A stretch of 64,000 nucleotides of DNA from Terriglobia bacterium (GTDB lineage: Bacteria > Acidobacteriota > Terriglobia > JAIQFV01). The position numbers were made by a program, and so were the translations under genes. Under the pieces are notes generated by a model. The model had not been told where the DNA came from. It worked only from the letters and a program-made list of their open reading frames with translations, and did no database searches. Shown one piece after another: positions 37,437-48,476 of the stretch. Within the stretch, counting starts at the first letter, position 1; the number at the start of each line of letters is the position of its first letter. The stretch is from contig JBGQBO010000007.1 of the NCBI GenBank assembly GCA_041494885.1, forward strand, positions 851-64,850, in the 5' to 3' direction.

Positions 37437-37487
37437 TAGTTCTCCTATCTCCCTGGTTTCTTCATAGAACTCTAAGGAGGCTTAGTC

Positions 37488-39743
37488 ATGATACGGCGAG
37501 AGGATTCCCTTGAATACCACGCATCCGGACGAGCAGGCAAGATTGAGGTGCGGGGTACCACGCCCTGTTTGACCCCACGCGAGATGCGCCTCGCATACCT
37601 CCCGGGCGCATCCTTTCCGTCCCAGGAGATCGCTCAGGACCCTTCGGCGGTCTTCCGTTACACGTCACGAGGAAACCTGGTGGGCGTGATCACCAATGGC
37701 ACGGCGGTACCTGGTTTGGGTGACATCGGCCCCTTAGCCGCCAAACCCATGCAGGAAGGCATGGCTGTCCTCTTCAAGCGACTCGCAGACATTGATGTCT
37801 TTGACCTGGAATTGAACACCACTGACCCGGACCGTTTGGTTGAAACGGTCAAGCTGCTTGAACCAACCTTTGGCGGGATCAACTTGAAGGATATTCGGGC
37901 TCCCGAAGGGCTTTATATCTACGACCGGCTAATCGAGAGCCTGAACATCCCCGTCTTCCATGAGAACCTCTACAGCAATGCTGTTGTCGCCGCGGCGGCA
38001 CTGCTCAATGCCCTGGACCTGGTTGAGAAGCGAATCGACCAGATTCGCGTCGTCATTTGCGGGGCGCGGACCGTCGGGACCGGATGCGCGCGTCTCTTCT
38101 TGTGCCTGGGTGTGCATCCTGAAAACCTTCTCATGTATGATTCCGAAGGCCTGGTTCATCCGGACCGCAACGAGTTGCACGACTACCAGCGCGTCTTTGC
38201 ACGGGATCACGAGGCCCGGGATTTAGCGAGTGGGGTACGTGGCGCCGACGTCCTCGTGGGTGCATCCACAGCGGGGGTGTTCACTCAGGAGATGATCCGG
38301 TCCATGAACCGATTCCCTATCGTCTTCTGTCTTGCTACCCCACAACCCGAAATCAGCTACGAAGCGGCCCGAGGGTGCCGCCAGGATGTGATCGTGGCCA
38401 CGAGTCTCGATCAATACCCCAATGCCCTGGTCGACCTCTTGAGTTTTCCTTACATCTTCCGCGGGGCCCTGGATGTCCAGGCAACGCGCATCACTGAGGG
38501 AATGATGGTAGCGGCCGCACGCGCCCTCGCAGAACTGGCAAAAGACGATGTTGTCGAGGAGGTGGAGCGGGCTTACGGCGGCGAACACTTCAGCTTTGGG
38601 CCTGAATACCTGTTGCCCAAGCCCATTGACCCGCGCATCCTGGTGCGCGAATCCGCAGCGGTGGCTCAACAGGCTATCGAGGAAGGGATCGCACGCCGTC
38701 CTGTGCCGACCGAGACCTACCAGGAGAGCCTGACCGCACGGCTGGGAACGGGCCGTGAAATCATGCGGGGAATGATCCTCACGGCGCGTCAAGAAGAATT
38801 CCGGGTTGTCTTCTCTGAGGGCACCAACGAGACGATCCTGCGTGCGTGCAATATCCTGGTGGATGAAGGAATCGCACGCCCCATTCTGGTGGGGCGTGAG
38901 AGCGAGGTTCGAGAGGCGATTGAACGGCTGCGATTCGACCTCGGCGGTGTGCCGGTGGTGGATCCCGCTCGCAGCCCGCGGGTCGAGGCTTACGCGGAGG
39001 CCTACTTTCAAATGAGGCGCCGCCGCGGCGTGATGCGAGGAGCCGCGACCCAACGCTTGCGTCAGCAAGACTACTTCGCCGCCCTCATGGTTCACACCGG
39101 GGACGCCGACATGATGATCGCCGGGGTCTCCCACCACTACGTCGAATCACTCCGGATTATCCTGGAGGTAATCGGCCCGGCGGCGGGCGTCGGCCGGGTC
39201 TCGAGCCACTACCTGGTGCTGCGTCCCCAGGGCGCGGTCTTGCTGGCCGACTGCGCAGTCAACATCGACCCCAACGCCGGGGAGTTGGCGGAGATCGCCC
39301 TGCTGGCTGCCCGCATGGCCCATTCCCTGTCTATCGAACCGAGGGTGGCCATGCTCTCATTCTCCAACTTCGGCAGTGTCGATCATCCGCTTGCCCGCAA
39401 GGTGCGCGAGGCTACCGCCATCGCGAAACAACACGCCCCGGACCTGGTGATTGATGGCGAAATGCAGCTTGCCGCCGCCCTCAACAGCTCGATTCGATTG
39501 CAGCATTTCCCTTTTTCCAACCTCGAAAAGGACGCCAACGTTCTTATCTTTCCCGGCTTACATTCGGGAAATCTGGCGGTGCAATTGCTGGAAAACGTCG
39601 GAGGCGCCGTCCCCATCGGACCCATCCTCATGGGAACACGCTTGCCCGTCCACCTGCTTCAGTTCGGCGCGACTGCGGAGGAGGTCGTGAACCTCACGAC
39701 CATCGGCATCGTTGAGGCTGCTGCCCTCCGGCGTACGGCCTAA
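37488..39743 (+). CDS. maeB: NADP-dependent malic enzyme, MaeB type (malic enzyme + PTA-like domain)
   Basis: [53 protein letters not shown], then a C-terminal phosphate acetyltransferase-like half ([13 protein letters not shown]...). AAGGAGG RBS. Confidence 0.9.
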   Translation: MIRREDSLEYHASGRAGKIEVRGTTPCLTPREMRLAYLPGASFPSQEIAQDPSAVFRYTSRGNLVGVITNGTAVPGLGDIGPLAAKPMQEGMAVLFKRLADIDVFDLELNTTDPDRLVETVKLLEPTFGGINLKDIRAPEGLYIYDRLIESLNIPVFHENLYSNAVVAAAALLNALDLVEKRIDQIRVVICGARTVGTGCARLFLCLGVHPENLLMYDSEGLVHPDRNELHDYQRVFARDHEARDLASGVRGADVLVGASTAGVFTQEMIRSMNRFPIVFCLATPQPEISYEAARGCRQDVIVATSLDQYPNALVDLLSFPYIFRGALDVQATRITEGMMVAAARALAELAKDDVVEEVERAYGGEHFSFGPEYLLPKPIDPRILVRESAAVAQQAIEEGIARRPVPTETYQESLTARLGTGREIMRGMILTARQEEFRVVFSEGTNETILRACNILVDEGIARPILVGRESEVREAIERLRFDLGGVPVVDPARSPRVEAYAEAYFQMRRRRGVMRGAATQRLRQQDYFAALMVHTGDADMMIAGVSHHYVESLRIILEVIGPAAGVGRVSSHYLVLRPQGAVLLADCAVNIDPNAGELAEIALLAARMAHSLSIEPRVAMLSFSNFGSVDHPLARKVREATAIAKQHAPDLVIDGEMQLAAALNSSIRLQHFPFSNLEKDANVLIFPGLHSGNLAVQLLENVGGAVPIGPILMGTRLPVHLLQFGATAEEVVNLTTIGIVEAAALRRTA

Positions 39744-40300
39744 CAGTCCCCTTTCTGTTTGAAAGGATAAGGTCAATCAGGTTAGGTCGCCGGTGCTTAC
39801 GGAGTTCGATGGTTTCTCCCTGGTGGAATTGGGAATGCGGCGGGCGGTGACCATTCTGCCCTTGGGGTCCCTCGAGTCACTCTTTCTAAAATCAGAAGAT
39901 CGGGCACACTCCCAGAATACGGGCACAGTCCCTTCGCTGCATCGCCCGCACGCCCTGAAATTTATGTTTCATTTGTAAAGATTTCTCCGTAGAATCTCCA
40001 CTGAAAAGCCCATTTGCAAAAGTTGATTCCAAGCCGTCAGGCGCTCTAGTCGTTCGAAGCGGCTGACATGTCAGCGGTTTCACTCATTCCTCTATTCCAT
40101 CGCGGAGAGAGCGATGGGTTGGGTGGCATTGACTTTGGTCAATTGCCGTATGGGTCGAACCCGACGCGTGCGCAAGTCTATCCGGGTGAAATACGGGCTC
40201 TCTCATGTGGAGTCGCAGACATGACCAGCCACCGCGGACATGTCAGCACCACCCGATATGAATTTTCGGATCAAAATAAACAACTGAAGGGAGAATCAGG

Positions 40301-40702
40301 ATGTTCAAGCAAGTCGACTATGTGATGGTGACCGTTTCCGATATGAGCCGCTCGATCGAATTTTATCGTGACAAACTGGGGTTCCCGTTGAAGTTTGAAT
40401 CCAAGGACTGGACGGAATTTCAAACCGGTCCGACGACTCTGGCGTTGCACGGCGGGGGAATTCCCCGACCGGCCTCGCCAGGCGGATCTCCCGAGCAGCC
40501 CTGCGCCGGGACATGCTCCATCGGGTTTACCGTCCAAGACGTAGAACAGAGTTTCAACGAATTGAAAGCCAAGGGCGTGAGATTTGTTTTGCCCCCCATG
40601 GTGCGCGGCGAGGAAGGAATCAAATTGACCGTGTGCATCGATCCGGATGGACTTCCGATTTCCCTTGCCGAAGCTCTCCAACAGGCCGCCGCAGCGAGCT
40701 GA
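40301..40702 (+). CDS. VOC/glyoxalase-fold family protein
   Basis: MFKQVDYVMVTVSDMSRSIEFYRDKLGFPLKFES...VCIDPDGLPISL. GGGAGA RBS. Confidence 0.75.
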   Translation: MFKQVDYVMVTVSDMSRSIEFYRDKLGFPLKFESKDWTEFQTGPTTLALHGGGIPRPASPGGSPEQPCAGTCSIGFTVQDVEQSFNELKAKGVRFVLPPMVRGEEGIKLTVCIDPDGLPISLAEALQQAAAAS

Positions 40703-40877
40703 GAACCGAGAATTCGGATTCATCGCAAAGTGCGCGGAAGTCGCAGGAAAGTATTCCAAGGGTTCAAGGTGTGCAGGGTTGGCGGTCCTTGGGTTTCTTA
40801 GCGCGCTTTGCGGTTCGCTTTCAGGTTTAGTGAACTCGGAAGCACAATAATCGTGAAAGGAACTGAAGTTTAAGGGC

Positions 40878-41825
40878 TTATCGGTTGGTTTGAATGAGAT
40901 TCTCCACCTCCTGCCGGTTGGACATGGCGCGGGCACCCACCTGGGTGCAACACAGTGCCGCGCAGGCATTGGCAAAGGAGGCAACCCGGTCGAGCGGCCA
41001 ACCTTGAAGCAGCGCATACGAGAGTCCGCCCATGAAGGCGTCTCCCGCGCCTGTTGTGTCCATCACCTTCACTTTGAACGAGGGCCGATGCACCTTCGAC
41101 TGCTTCGTGGCGAGAAGGCAACCATCGCTTCCCATTGTCAAGGCCACCATTTCCGGGCCCAACGCCAGTAATCCTGCCGCCATCTCCTCATAATCGTCCT
41201 GCCGGGTGAGCTCCCGGGCTGCTGCCTTGCAGGGCTTCAAGACATCGGTCAATCGCAAGGCTTCTTTGAGATCGTTTTCCGAGCCGAGTCCGGCTTGGAC
41301 GAAATAGGTAGGATCGACATCGAGGTCGAAGATCACCTTGACTCCGGCGGATTTGGCGATCCGGATCGCCTCCAGGACCGGCGCCAGAGGCAGTTGCGAA
41401 GCCTCCGTGTGGAAATGTTTCGCCTGCCGGATGTACGGCGCAAACAGGCTCCGGATCTGATCCGGAGTCACCGTGGCGGTGACATTCGGGAACATGTAGA
41501 TACAACGTTCCCCGCGAGCATCGACCGGGATCCAGGTCATTGAGGAGAGCCCTCCCTGGACCCGTTCGACCGCGCTCGTATCCATATGGTCCGCGATGAA
41601 GGCGTCCAAGATGATTCGGCCATTGGCATCGTCGCCGATCAATCCGAACCAGCCCGCACTGGCCCCTAAGCGTGCCACCTGGGTGAGATTGTTGGCGGTT
41701 ACACCCCCCGCGTGGACCTCCAATCGATTCACATTGATCTTTTCCTCGCCCCCAATCAGATTCGGGACCAGAGCGAAGAAATCGACGGTACAACTTCCCA
41801 GACCTACAACATCCACGGAGTTCAT
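40878..41825 (-). CDS. PfkB-family carbohydrate kinase
   Basis: N-terminal VVGLGSCTVDF, GGVTANN, C-terminal DTTGAGDAFMGG anion-hole motif. ATG 41825 follows AAGGGAGGGG. Confidence 0.8.
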   Translation of the reverse strand: MNSVDVVGLGSCTVDFFALVPNLIGGEEKINVNRLEVHAGGVTANNLTQVARLGASAGWFGLIGDDANGRIILDAFIADHMDTSAVERVQGGLSSMTWIPVDARGERCIYMFPNVTATVTPDQIRSLFAPYIRQAKHFHTEASQLPLAPVLEAIRIAKSAGVKVIFDLDVDPTYFVQAGLGSENDLKEALRLTDVLKPCKAAARELTRQDDYEEMAAGLLALGPEMVALTMGSDGCLLATKQSKVHRPSFKVKVMDTTGAGDAFMGGLSYALLQGWPLDRVASFANACAALCCTQVGARAMSNRQEVENLIQTNR

Positions 41826-42229
41826 TGCCCCTCCCTTAACGGATTCTTTTCGTATGGACAGATCAGTGTGATTTAAGACCCTGGACTCGGATGCCATGGA
41901 GAGAGATCCACACCGGGAACAGGCAAGATTCACCCGGGCTCTAAGATCTCAAAAAAATGAATGAAAGCAGCGTAAAACTTTATAGAAATAAGCAGATTAA
42001 TTTTACAACTGGGATGAAAGAGCTGTCAGTTAAATTGTTGTCACAGAAGAAAACGCAGCGCCCATCTCGAGATCACCAATAAACTCCCCTCCCCCAACGC
42101 TCCCTTCAACCATCTGGCTTCTGCAAAATCCACCTTTCCGAACCTTTTTGTCCTTCATCGTTTTATCTTCAAAAAATGTTTGTGAAGGATTTCTCAATTC
42201 GATATAATCCGGGATGGAGGCTTCTTGTC

Positions 42230-43402
42230 ATGAGCGCACCGCCGCGCGAAGTCCGCGATCAATTCCGAATCCAGATCCACGGCCTCGAAGCGATGATCCA
42301 AGCCTTGCGTCGCCAGGGCTTCCAAGTGATGGGACCCACGGTCGGCGACGGCGCCATCGTTTACGATGAACTGACTTCCATGGCTGACCTTCCGGTGGGA
42401 TGGACGGATGATCAAGAGGGCGGAATTTACAGACTCAAGAAACGTGCTGATCGGGCCGTTTTCGGATTTACGTTGGGCCCGCATTCATGGAAGAGATATC
42501 TCCATCCCGCGGTGCTACGCCTATGGAAGGCAGCCCGTGACGGGGTGGGCTTCATCGCCTCCGAGGAGAGCGGGGAGATCCAGAAGCTTGCCTTTCTCGG
42601 AGTACGCGCGTGCGAGATACATGCGATTGCCATCCAGGATAAAGTCCTGACTGAAGGAACCTTCCGGGATCCAGCCTATCATACCCGCCGTGAACAGTTA
42701 TTCATCGTCGCGGTCAACTGTACACAATCAGGTGGCACCTGTTTCTGCAAGTCCATGGGCACCGGTCCCCAGGTGAGCTTCGGCTTCGATCTGGCATTGA
42801 CAGAAGTTCAGACCGGAAAGGATCACTATTTGATTGCGCAAGTCGGGACAGACCGGGGCGCAGCGTTGCTGGACGAGATACCGCATGAAAAGGCAACCGA
42901 AGAAGAAGTCAAGGAGGCCGCGGGATGTGTTGAGTCAGTGTCCAGTCAGATGGGGCGTCACCTCGATACCCGGGATCTCAAGGAACTTTTGTATCGCAGC
43001 TATGAGCATCCTCGATGGGATGAAGTGGCGGAACGCTGTTTGAATTGTGCCAACTGCACGATGGTCTGCCCCACTTGTTTTTGCACCACCGTGGAAGATC
43101 TCACCGACCTTACCGGTACACAGGCCGAACGCTGGCGCAAATGGGATTCCTGTTTTACCACCGATTTTTCCTATATCCACGGGGGAAGCGTCCGGGCCTC
43201 CCGCAAGTCCCGTTACCGGCAATGGCTCACCCACAAACTGGCCACGTGGATCGATCAGTTTGGCAGTTCAGGGTGCGTGGGTTGTGGGCGATGTATCACG
43301 TGGTGTCCGGTGGCCATCGATCTCACCGAAGAGGTCCTCGCCATCCGTCAAGGTGGATCCGCCGATAGTTTAGCCCTCTCTACGAAGGAGGAGCAATCAT
43401 GA
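42230..43402 (+). CDS. hyhB: Group 3b [NiFe]-hydrogenase beta subunit (AsrA/HydB-like Fe-S protein)
   Basis: AFLGVRACEIHAI, Cys clusters CTQSGGTCFC, CLNCANCTMVCPTCFC, CVGCGRCITWCP. First gene of the operon, after a GGAGG RBS. Confidence 0.75.
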   Translation: MSAPPREVRDQFRIQIHGLEAMIQALRRQGFQVMGPTVGDGAIVYDELTSMADLPVGWTDDQEGGIYRLKKRADRAVFGFTLGPHSWKRYLHPAVLRLWKAARDGVGFIASEESGEIQKLAFLGVRACEIHAIAIQDKVLTEGTFRDPAYHTRREQLFIVAVNCTQSGGTCFCKSMGTGPQVSFGFDLALTEVQTGKDHYLIAQVGTDRGAALLDEIPHEKATEEEVKEAAGCVESVSSQMGRHLDTRDLKELLYRSYEHPRWDEVAERCLNCANCTMVCPTCFCTTVEDLTDLTGTQAERWRKWDSCFTTDFSYIHGGSVRASRKSRYRQWLTHKLATWIDQFGSSGCVGCGRCITWCPVAIDLTEEVLAIRQGGSADSLALSTKEEQS

Positions 43403-43863
43403 TAGATACACTTCAACCAATCCTGGCAGCGCATCCCTTTCTAAGCGACCTTTCCCCGCAACATCTTGACCTGGTGGTGGGATGCGCTTCAAACGTCCGC
43501 TTTGAGGCGGGGAAGTACCTCTTTAGAGAGGAAGAGGAGGCGAACCAGTTCTACATCATTCGTGAGGGCAAGGTGGCGGTGGAGATTCGAACGCCCAACC
43601 GGGGTTCGATCACCGTTCAAACCGTGGACGCCGGTGAAATTTTGGGATGGTCGTGGCTGCTTCCTCCTTACCAGTGGCATTTCGACGCACGCGCCAGTGT
43701 GCCGACCCGTGCCATTGCCCTGGATGGCAAATGCCTGCGGGCCAAATGCGAAAACGACCATGACCTGGGATATGAACTCTTGAAGCGATTTGCCCAAATC
43801 ATGGAACAACGGTTGGAGGCCACAAGATTGCAACTCCTGGATGTTTATGGCAACCCTTCTTGA
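43399..43863 (+). CDS. Stand-alone cyclic-nucleotide-binding (CAP effector-like) domain protein, no HTH
   Basis: 154 aa. [29 protein letters not shown]...[13 protein letters not shown] beta-barrel pattern plus a C-helix. ATGA overlap with hyhB, 13 nt before hyhG. Confidence 0.7.
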   Translation: MIDTLQPILAAHPFLSDLSPQHLDLVVGCASNVRFEAGKYLFREEEEANQFYIIREGKVAVEIRTPNRGSITVQTVDAGEILGWSWLLPPYQWHFDARASVPTRAIALDGKCLRAKCENDHDLGYELLKRFAQIMEQRLEATRLQLLDVYGNPS

Positions 43864-43876
43864 AAGGCACGAGACC

Positions 43877-44716
<840 letters not shown>

Positions 44717-44717
44717 C

Positions 44718-45497
44718 ATGGCCCCAAAGCGAAAACCAAAGCTGGCCGTTTGGAAGTTTGCCTCCTGCGATGGCTGCCAATTGAGCCTGCTGGACTGTGA
44801 AGACGAGCTGCTCGAGGTGGTGGGAGCCATCGAGATTGCCAACTTTCCCGAAGCCTCCCGCGCTGTGGTCAACGGGCCGTATGACCTCTCCCTGGTGGAA
44901 GGTTCCATTACCACTCCGCACGACGCGGAACGGATCCATAAGGTCCGCCGTGCCTCAAAATTCCTGGTGACCATCGGCGCGTGCGCCACCGCCGGAGGCA
45001 TCCAGGCGCTCCGTAACTTTACGGACGTTCAGCGGTACATTCCCATTGTTTATGCCTCGCCCCAGTACATTGAAACGCTCAACAAATCCACGCCCATTGC
45101 GGATCATGTGTTCGTGGACTTCCAGCTTCGTGGCTGCCCCATCAGCAAGCTCCAACTGGTCGAAGTCCTTAGCGCCTTCCTCAATGGCCGGAAGCCGAGT
45201 ACTCCCACCTATGGCGTGTGCATGGAATGTAAACGACGTGGAACGGTGTGCGTGATGGCGGCACAGGGAGCCATCTGTCTGGGACCGGTCACCCAGGCGG
45301 GATGTGGGGCTATCTGCCCCTCCTACTCCCGCGGTTGTTACGGCTGCTTCGGGCCGAAAGAAATTCCGAACACCGATTCGTTGAGCCGATGGTGGAGCAA
45401 CCACGGGATGAAGGATCGGGACATCATGCGGACGTACCGGGGGATTAACGCTTATGCGGAGGCGTTCCGCCGGGAGAGTGAGGCCCACGAAAAATAG
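44718..45497 (+). CDS. hyhS: Group 3b [NiFe]-hydrogenase small (delta) subunit
   Basis: [20 protein letters not shown] proximal-cluster motif, [22 protein letters not shown]-terminal Cys set. No Tat signal, so cytosolic. Confidence 0.85.
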   Translation: MAPKRKPKLAVWKFASCDGCQLSLLDCEDELLEVVGAIEIANFPEASRAVVNGPYDLSLVEGSITTPHDAERIHKVRRASKFLVTIGACATAGGIQALRNFTDVQRYIPIVYASPQYIETLNKSTPIADHVFVDFQLRGCPISKLQLVEVLSAFLNGRKPSTPTYGVCMECKRRGTVCVMAAQGAICLGPVTQAGCGAICPSYSRGCYGCFGPKEIPNTDSLSRWWSNHGMKDRDIMRTYRGINAYAEAFRRESEAHEK

Positions 45498-45584
45498 AGC
45501 GGCTTGCAGGAATTTACTTTAAGGCGAGCAGCCTGCTCGCCTTAGTACAGGACGATTTTGACAATCACTGGAGAGGCACATCCT

Positions 45585-46937
45585 ATGAAGGCTGCGAAGG
45601 CTCGGGGAAAGAAATTGGAAGTGGATCTTCTGGCCCGGGTTGAGGGAGAAGGCGGCTTGTTCATCAAGCTGCAAGGCGGCGCCGTGACCGAGGTCCGATT
45701 CAATATTTTCGAGCCGCCCCGGTTCTTCGAAGCATTCCTGCGGGGCCGGCACTACTCCGAAGTTCCAGACATCGTGGCTCGCATCTGCGGGATCTGTCCC
45801 ATCGCCTATCAGATGAGTGCGGTGCACGCCATTGAATCGGCCTTCGACGTGAAAGTGAGCGGGCCGCTCCGAACTCTGCGCCGTCTGCTCTATTGCGGAG
45901 AATGGATTGAAAGCCATGCCCTGCACATCTACATGTTGCACGCGCCCGATTTCCTCGGTTACCAGGATGTCATCCAGATGGCGAAGGACCATGCCGAGGT
46001 GGTCGAGCGCGCCCTGAAACTGAAGAAGATCGGGAATGAACTGGTCAGCCTTCTGGGCGGACGTGAGATTCACCCGGTCAGCGTTCGCGTGGGAGGGTTC
46101 TACAGGGTTCCGGCGAAGAAGGAATTAGTGCCCCTCGCGGAAAAACTCAAATGGGCCCGGGACGCGGCCCTCGATACCGTACAGTGGACGGCTGATCTTC
46201 CCTTCCCCGAGTTCGAGCAGGATTACGAGTTTGTGGCCTTACACCACCCCGAGGAGTACCCCTTCAATGAAGGAAGGTTGATTTCCAATAAGGGTCTGAA
46301 CATCGCCGTCCGCGAATACGATCATCACTTCGTCGAAGAACACGTCGAGCACTCCAATGCCCTGCACTCTCAACTGAAGGTGCGTGGGCCGTACTTGGTG
46401 GGACCCCTGGCCCGCTACAACCTCAATTTTGAACAGCTTTCACCCCTGGCCCAGGATGCCGCGCGCGCCGCCGGTCTTCCCGCCGTGTGTCGCAATCCTT
46501 TTCAAAGCATCGTGGTGCGTGCGATTGAGACGCTTTATGCCTGCGATGAAGCCTTGAGAATCATCGAGGGCTACGAAGTACCGAATCGGCCCTTTGTGGA
46601 AGTCCAGCCCCATGCGGCGACCGGGTTTGCATGCACAGAAGCGCCGCGCGGAATCCTCTATCACCGCTACGATATTGATGACAATGGCTTGATCACGGAT
46701 GCAAAGATCGTCCCCCCCACTTCTCAAAATCAGAAGACCATCGAGGGGGACCTGCGTCAATTTGTAACCCGAAATATCAATCTACCGAAGGACAAACTGA
46801 CTTGGCAGTGTGAGCAAGTGGTACGCAACTACGATCCGTGCATCTCTTGCGCCACCCATTTTCTCAAGTTGAACATCGAGCAGAGCGAACCAGAAGATGA
46901 GCCGGCCGTCCCTCCGCCGACGACCGCGACGCTCTGA
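45585..46937 (+). CDS. hyhL: Group 3b [NiFe]-hydrogenase large (alpha) subunit
   Basis: RVEGEGG, L1 motif RICGICP, L2 motif DPCISCATH followed by a 25-aa tail to be removed by an endopeptidase. Confidence 0.9.
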   Translation: MKAAKARGKKLEVDLLARVEGEGGLFIKLQGGAVTEVRFNIFEPPRFFEAFLRGRHYSEVPDIVARICGICPIAYQMSAVHAIESAFDVKVSGPLRTLRRLLYCGEWIESHALHIYMLHAPDFLGYQDVIQMAKDHAEVVERALKLKKIGNELVSLLGGREIHPVSVRVGGFYRVPAKKELVPLAEKLKWARDAALDTVQWTADLPFPEFEQDYEFVALHHPEEYPFNEGRLISNKGLNIAVREYDHHFVEEHVEHSNALHSQLKVRGPYLVGPLARYNLNFEQLSPLAQDAARAAGLPAVCRNPFQSIVVRAIETLYACDEALRIIEGYEVPNRPFVEVQPHAATGFACTEAPRGILYHRYDIDDNGLITDAKIVPPTSQNQKTIEGDLRQFVTRNINLPKDKLTWQCEQVVRNYDPCISCATHFLKLNIEQSEPEDEPAVPPPTTATL

Positions 46938-47158
46938 TCAGGGGGGAGAGCAGATGTCGTCGCACTTTGTTCTGGTGAATTATCTTTAAATCTATTCGCT
47001 TGTGAAATTTTTCTCTTTTCTGAATTGAATTGTTGTATACTGAACCCGCATTCAGAGGATTGCTTCTGGAAGCAGTCGATTGAGAGCCCACCAAGACTGA
47101 ATCCGGCGCAATCCCTCGAAAAAATCCAACGCTGCAGAGACTAACCCGCAGGTCAATC

Positions 47159-47740
47159 ATGAGACTCCCTAATGCTTCTTCTTCCCCGGCCGTGCCGTCT
47201 TTGCCGTCATTCAATCACAAACCCGGTTTTTCTCCACAAGACATGAAGAAGACAGATCCGATGAGTTTGAAGTATTCTCTTTCCCCGGGTGAGATCGTGG
47301 TCATCGGGTTCGGCGATCCCTTGCGCGGGGATGATGCCGTTGGGCATAAAATCGCAGAACGAATTCTCCAATGGGGCCTGCCTGAGGTTCGTGTCATCGC
47401 CACTCCTCGTTTGACCGCTGAACTCTCTGAAGCGTTGGGCCGGGCCCATCTCGCCATATTTGTTCATGCCACACCCCCCTCCCGCGGAGACGAAGTCGCG
47501 GCTTGTGCCTTGGACCCCTGCCCTTCCAAGATTACCTCATCCCATGTCGAAGACCCCTGTGTTCTCCTTTCGATTACCCACGCAACATACGGTCGCTATC
47601 CTTATGCTTGGTGTATTGGTGTCCCCGCGGTAAACTTTGATTTCGGTCAGAATCTCTCGCCCGAGGCCGAACATGGGATAGGGGTCGCGCTGGAACGTAT
47701 CAACCACATGATCGAAGAGAATTGCAACCTTCCCGTGTAA
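47159..47740 (+). CDS. Hydrogenase maturation endopeptidase paralog, divergent motif
   Basis: VVIGFGDPLRGDDAVGHKI (GD instead of GN in GxGNxxxxDDxxG). The real start is likely ATG 47243 or 47261. Confidence 0.6.
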   Translation: MRLPNASSSPAVPSLPSFNHKPGFSPQDMKKTDPMSLKYSLSPGEIVVIGFGDPLRGDDAVGHKIAERILQWGLPEVRVIATPRLTAELSEALGRAHLAIFVHATPPSRGDEVAACALDPCPSKITSSHVEDPCVLLSITHATYGRYPYAWCIGVPAVNFDFGQNLSPEAEHGIGVALERINHMIEENCNLPV

Positions 47741-47745
47741 ACAAG

Positions 47746-48306
47746 ATGCTCCGGTGGCGTGCAGATCCTGTCAAGGGGCCCCGATTGAACCGCACCCTCG
47801 AATCCCCTCATTCACCATCCCGATCCGAATCAGTCCTCGTCATCGGGGTCGGCAATCCCGATCGCGGCGACGATGCTGTGGGCCTGCTGGTCGCGCGCGA
47901 GGTCGCACAATTGGGTTTAGCGGGCGTTGACGTTGTTGAGAGTCAGGGGGACGTTTCACAACTCCTTGAACTCTTCCAGCGCCATCACACGGTTTTCGTG
48001 ATTGATGCCATCGGTTCCGGGAACCCCGCGGGCACGATCTTTTGCTTCGAGGCGAATGGGGCTTTGCTGCCCCGGAATTTTTCCTCCGGCTCAACACATG
48101 CCCTGGGATTGGCTGTCGCCATTGATCTCGCCCAGACCCTGAACCAGCTTCCTCCACGACTCATGGTCTTGGGAGTTGTCGGACAGAACTTCGCCATCGG
48201 CTCGCCTGCTTCCTCAGCCGTCGAAAAGGCCATCCCTGAAGTCGTCGACCGCATTTCAAAAGAGATTCGGGCCATTGGAAAAACACAAAGAGATCGAGCG
48301 AAATGA
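47746..48306 (+). CDS. Hydrogenase maturation endopeptidase (HoxW/HycI-like)
   Basis: VLVIGVGNPDRGDDAVGLLV canonical motif, FVIDA, STHALGL. ATG 47746 is 6 nt after the previous stop. Confidence 0.75.
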   Translation: MLRWRADPVKGPRLNRTLESPHSPSRSESVLVIGVGNPDRGDDAVGLLVAREVAQLGLAGVDVVESQGDVSQLLELFQRHHTVFVIDAIGSGNPAGTIFCFEANGALLPRNFSSGSTHALGLAVAIDLAQTLNQLPPRLMVLGVVGQNFAIGSPASSAVEKAIPEVVDRISKEIRAIGKTQRDRAK

Positions 48307-48378
48307 AATTCTTGTGAACAGAAAACATCGCCCCGACGATAAGAGGAGAGAATTTGAATAGAGGAGCATGATTCTAAG

Positions 48379-48475
48379 GTCAGGAATCAGGAATAGCTGG
48401 ACAATCCGAAATCAAAAATCCGAAATCCGAGATACTTGGACAATCCGAATTCCAAAATCCGCAATCCGAAATCGA
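48379..48475. repeat. AATCCGAAATC-type short-period repeat block abutting the radical SAM start codon
   Basis: gtcaggaatcaggaatagctggacaatccgaaatcaaaaatccgaaatccgagatacttggacaatccgaattccaaaatccgcaatccgaaatcgac. tggacaatccgaa occurs twice. 48458-48473 is the exact reverse complement of 3415-3430. Confidence 0.85.
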
Positions 48476-48476
48476 C

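Noticed and set aside
40145-40175. tRNA-like T-arm (gggtcgaaccc).
   Set aside because: No acceptor, D or anticodon arms can be drawn around it. It is an isolated short hairpin.
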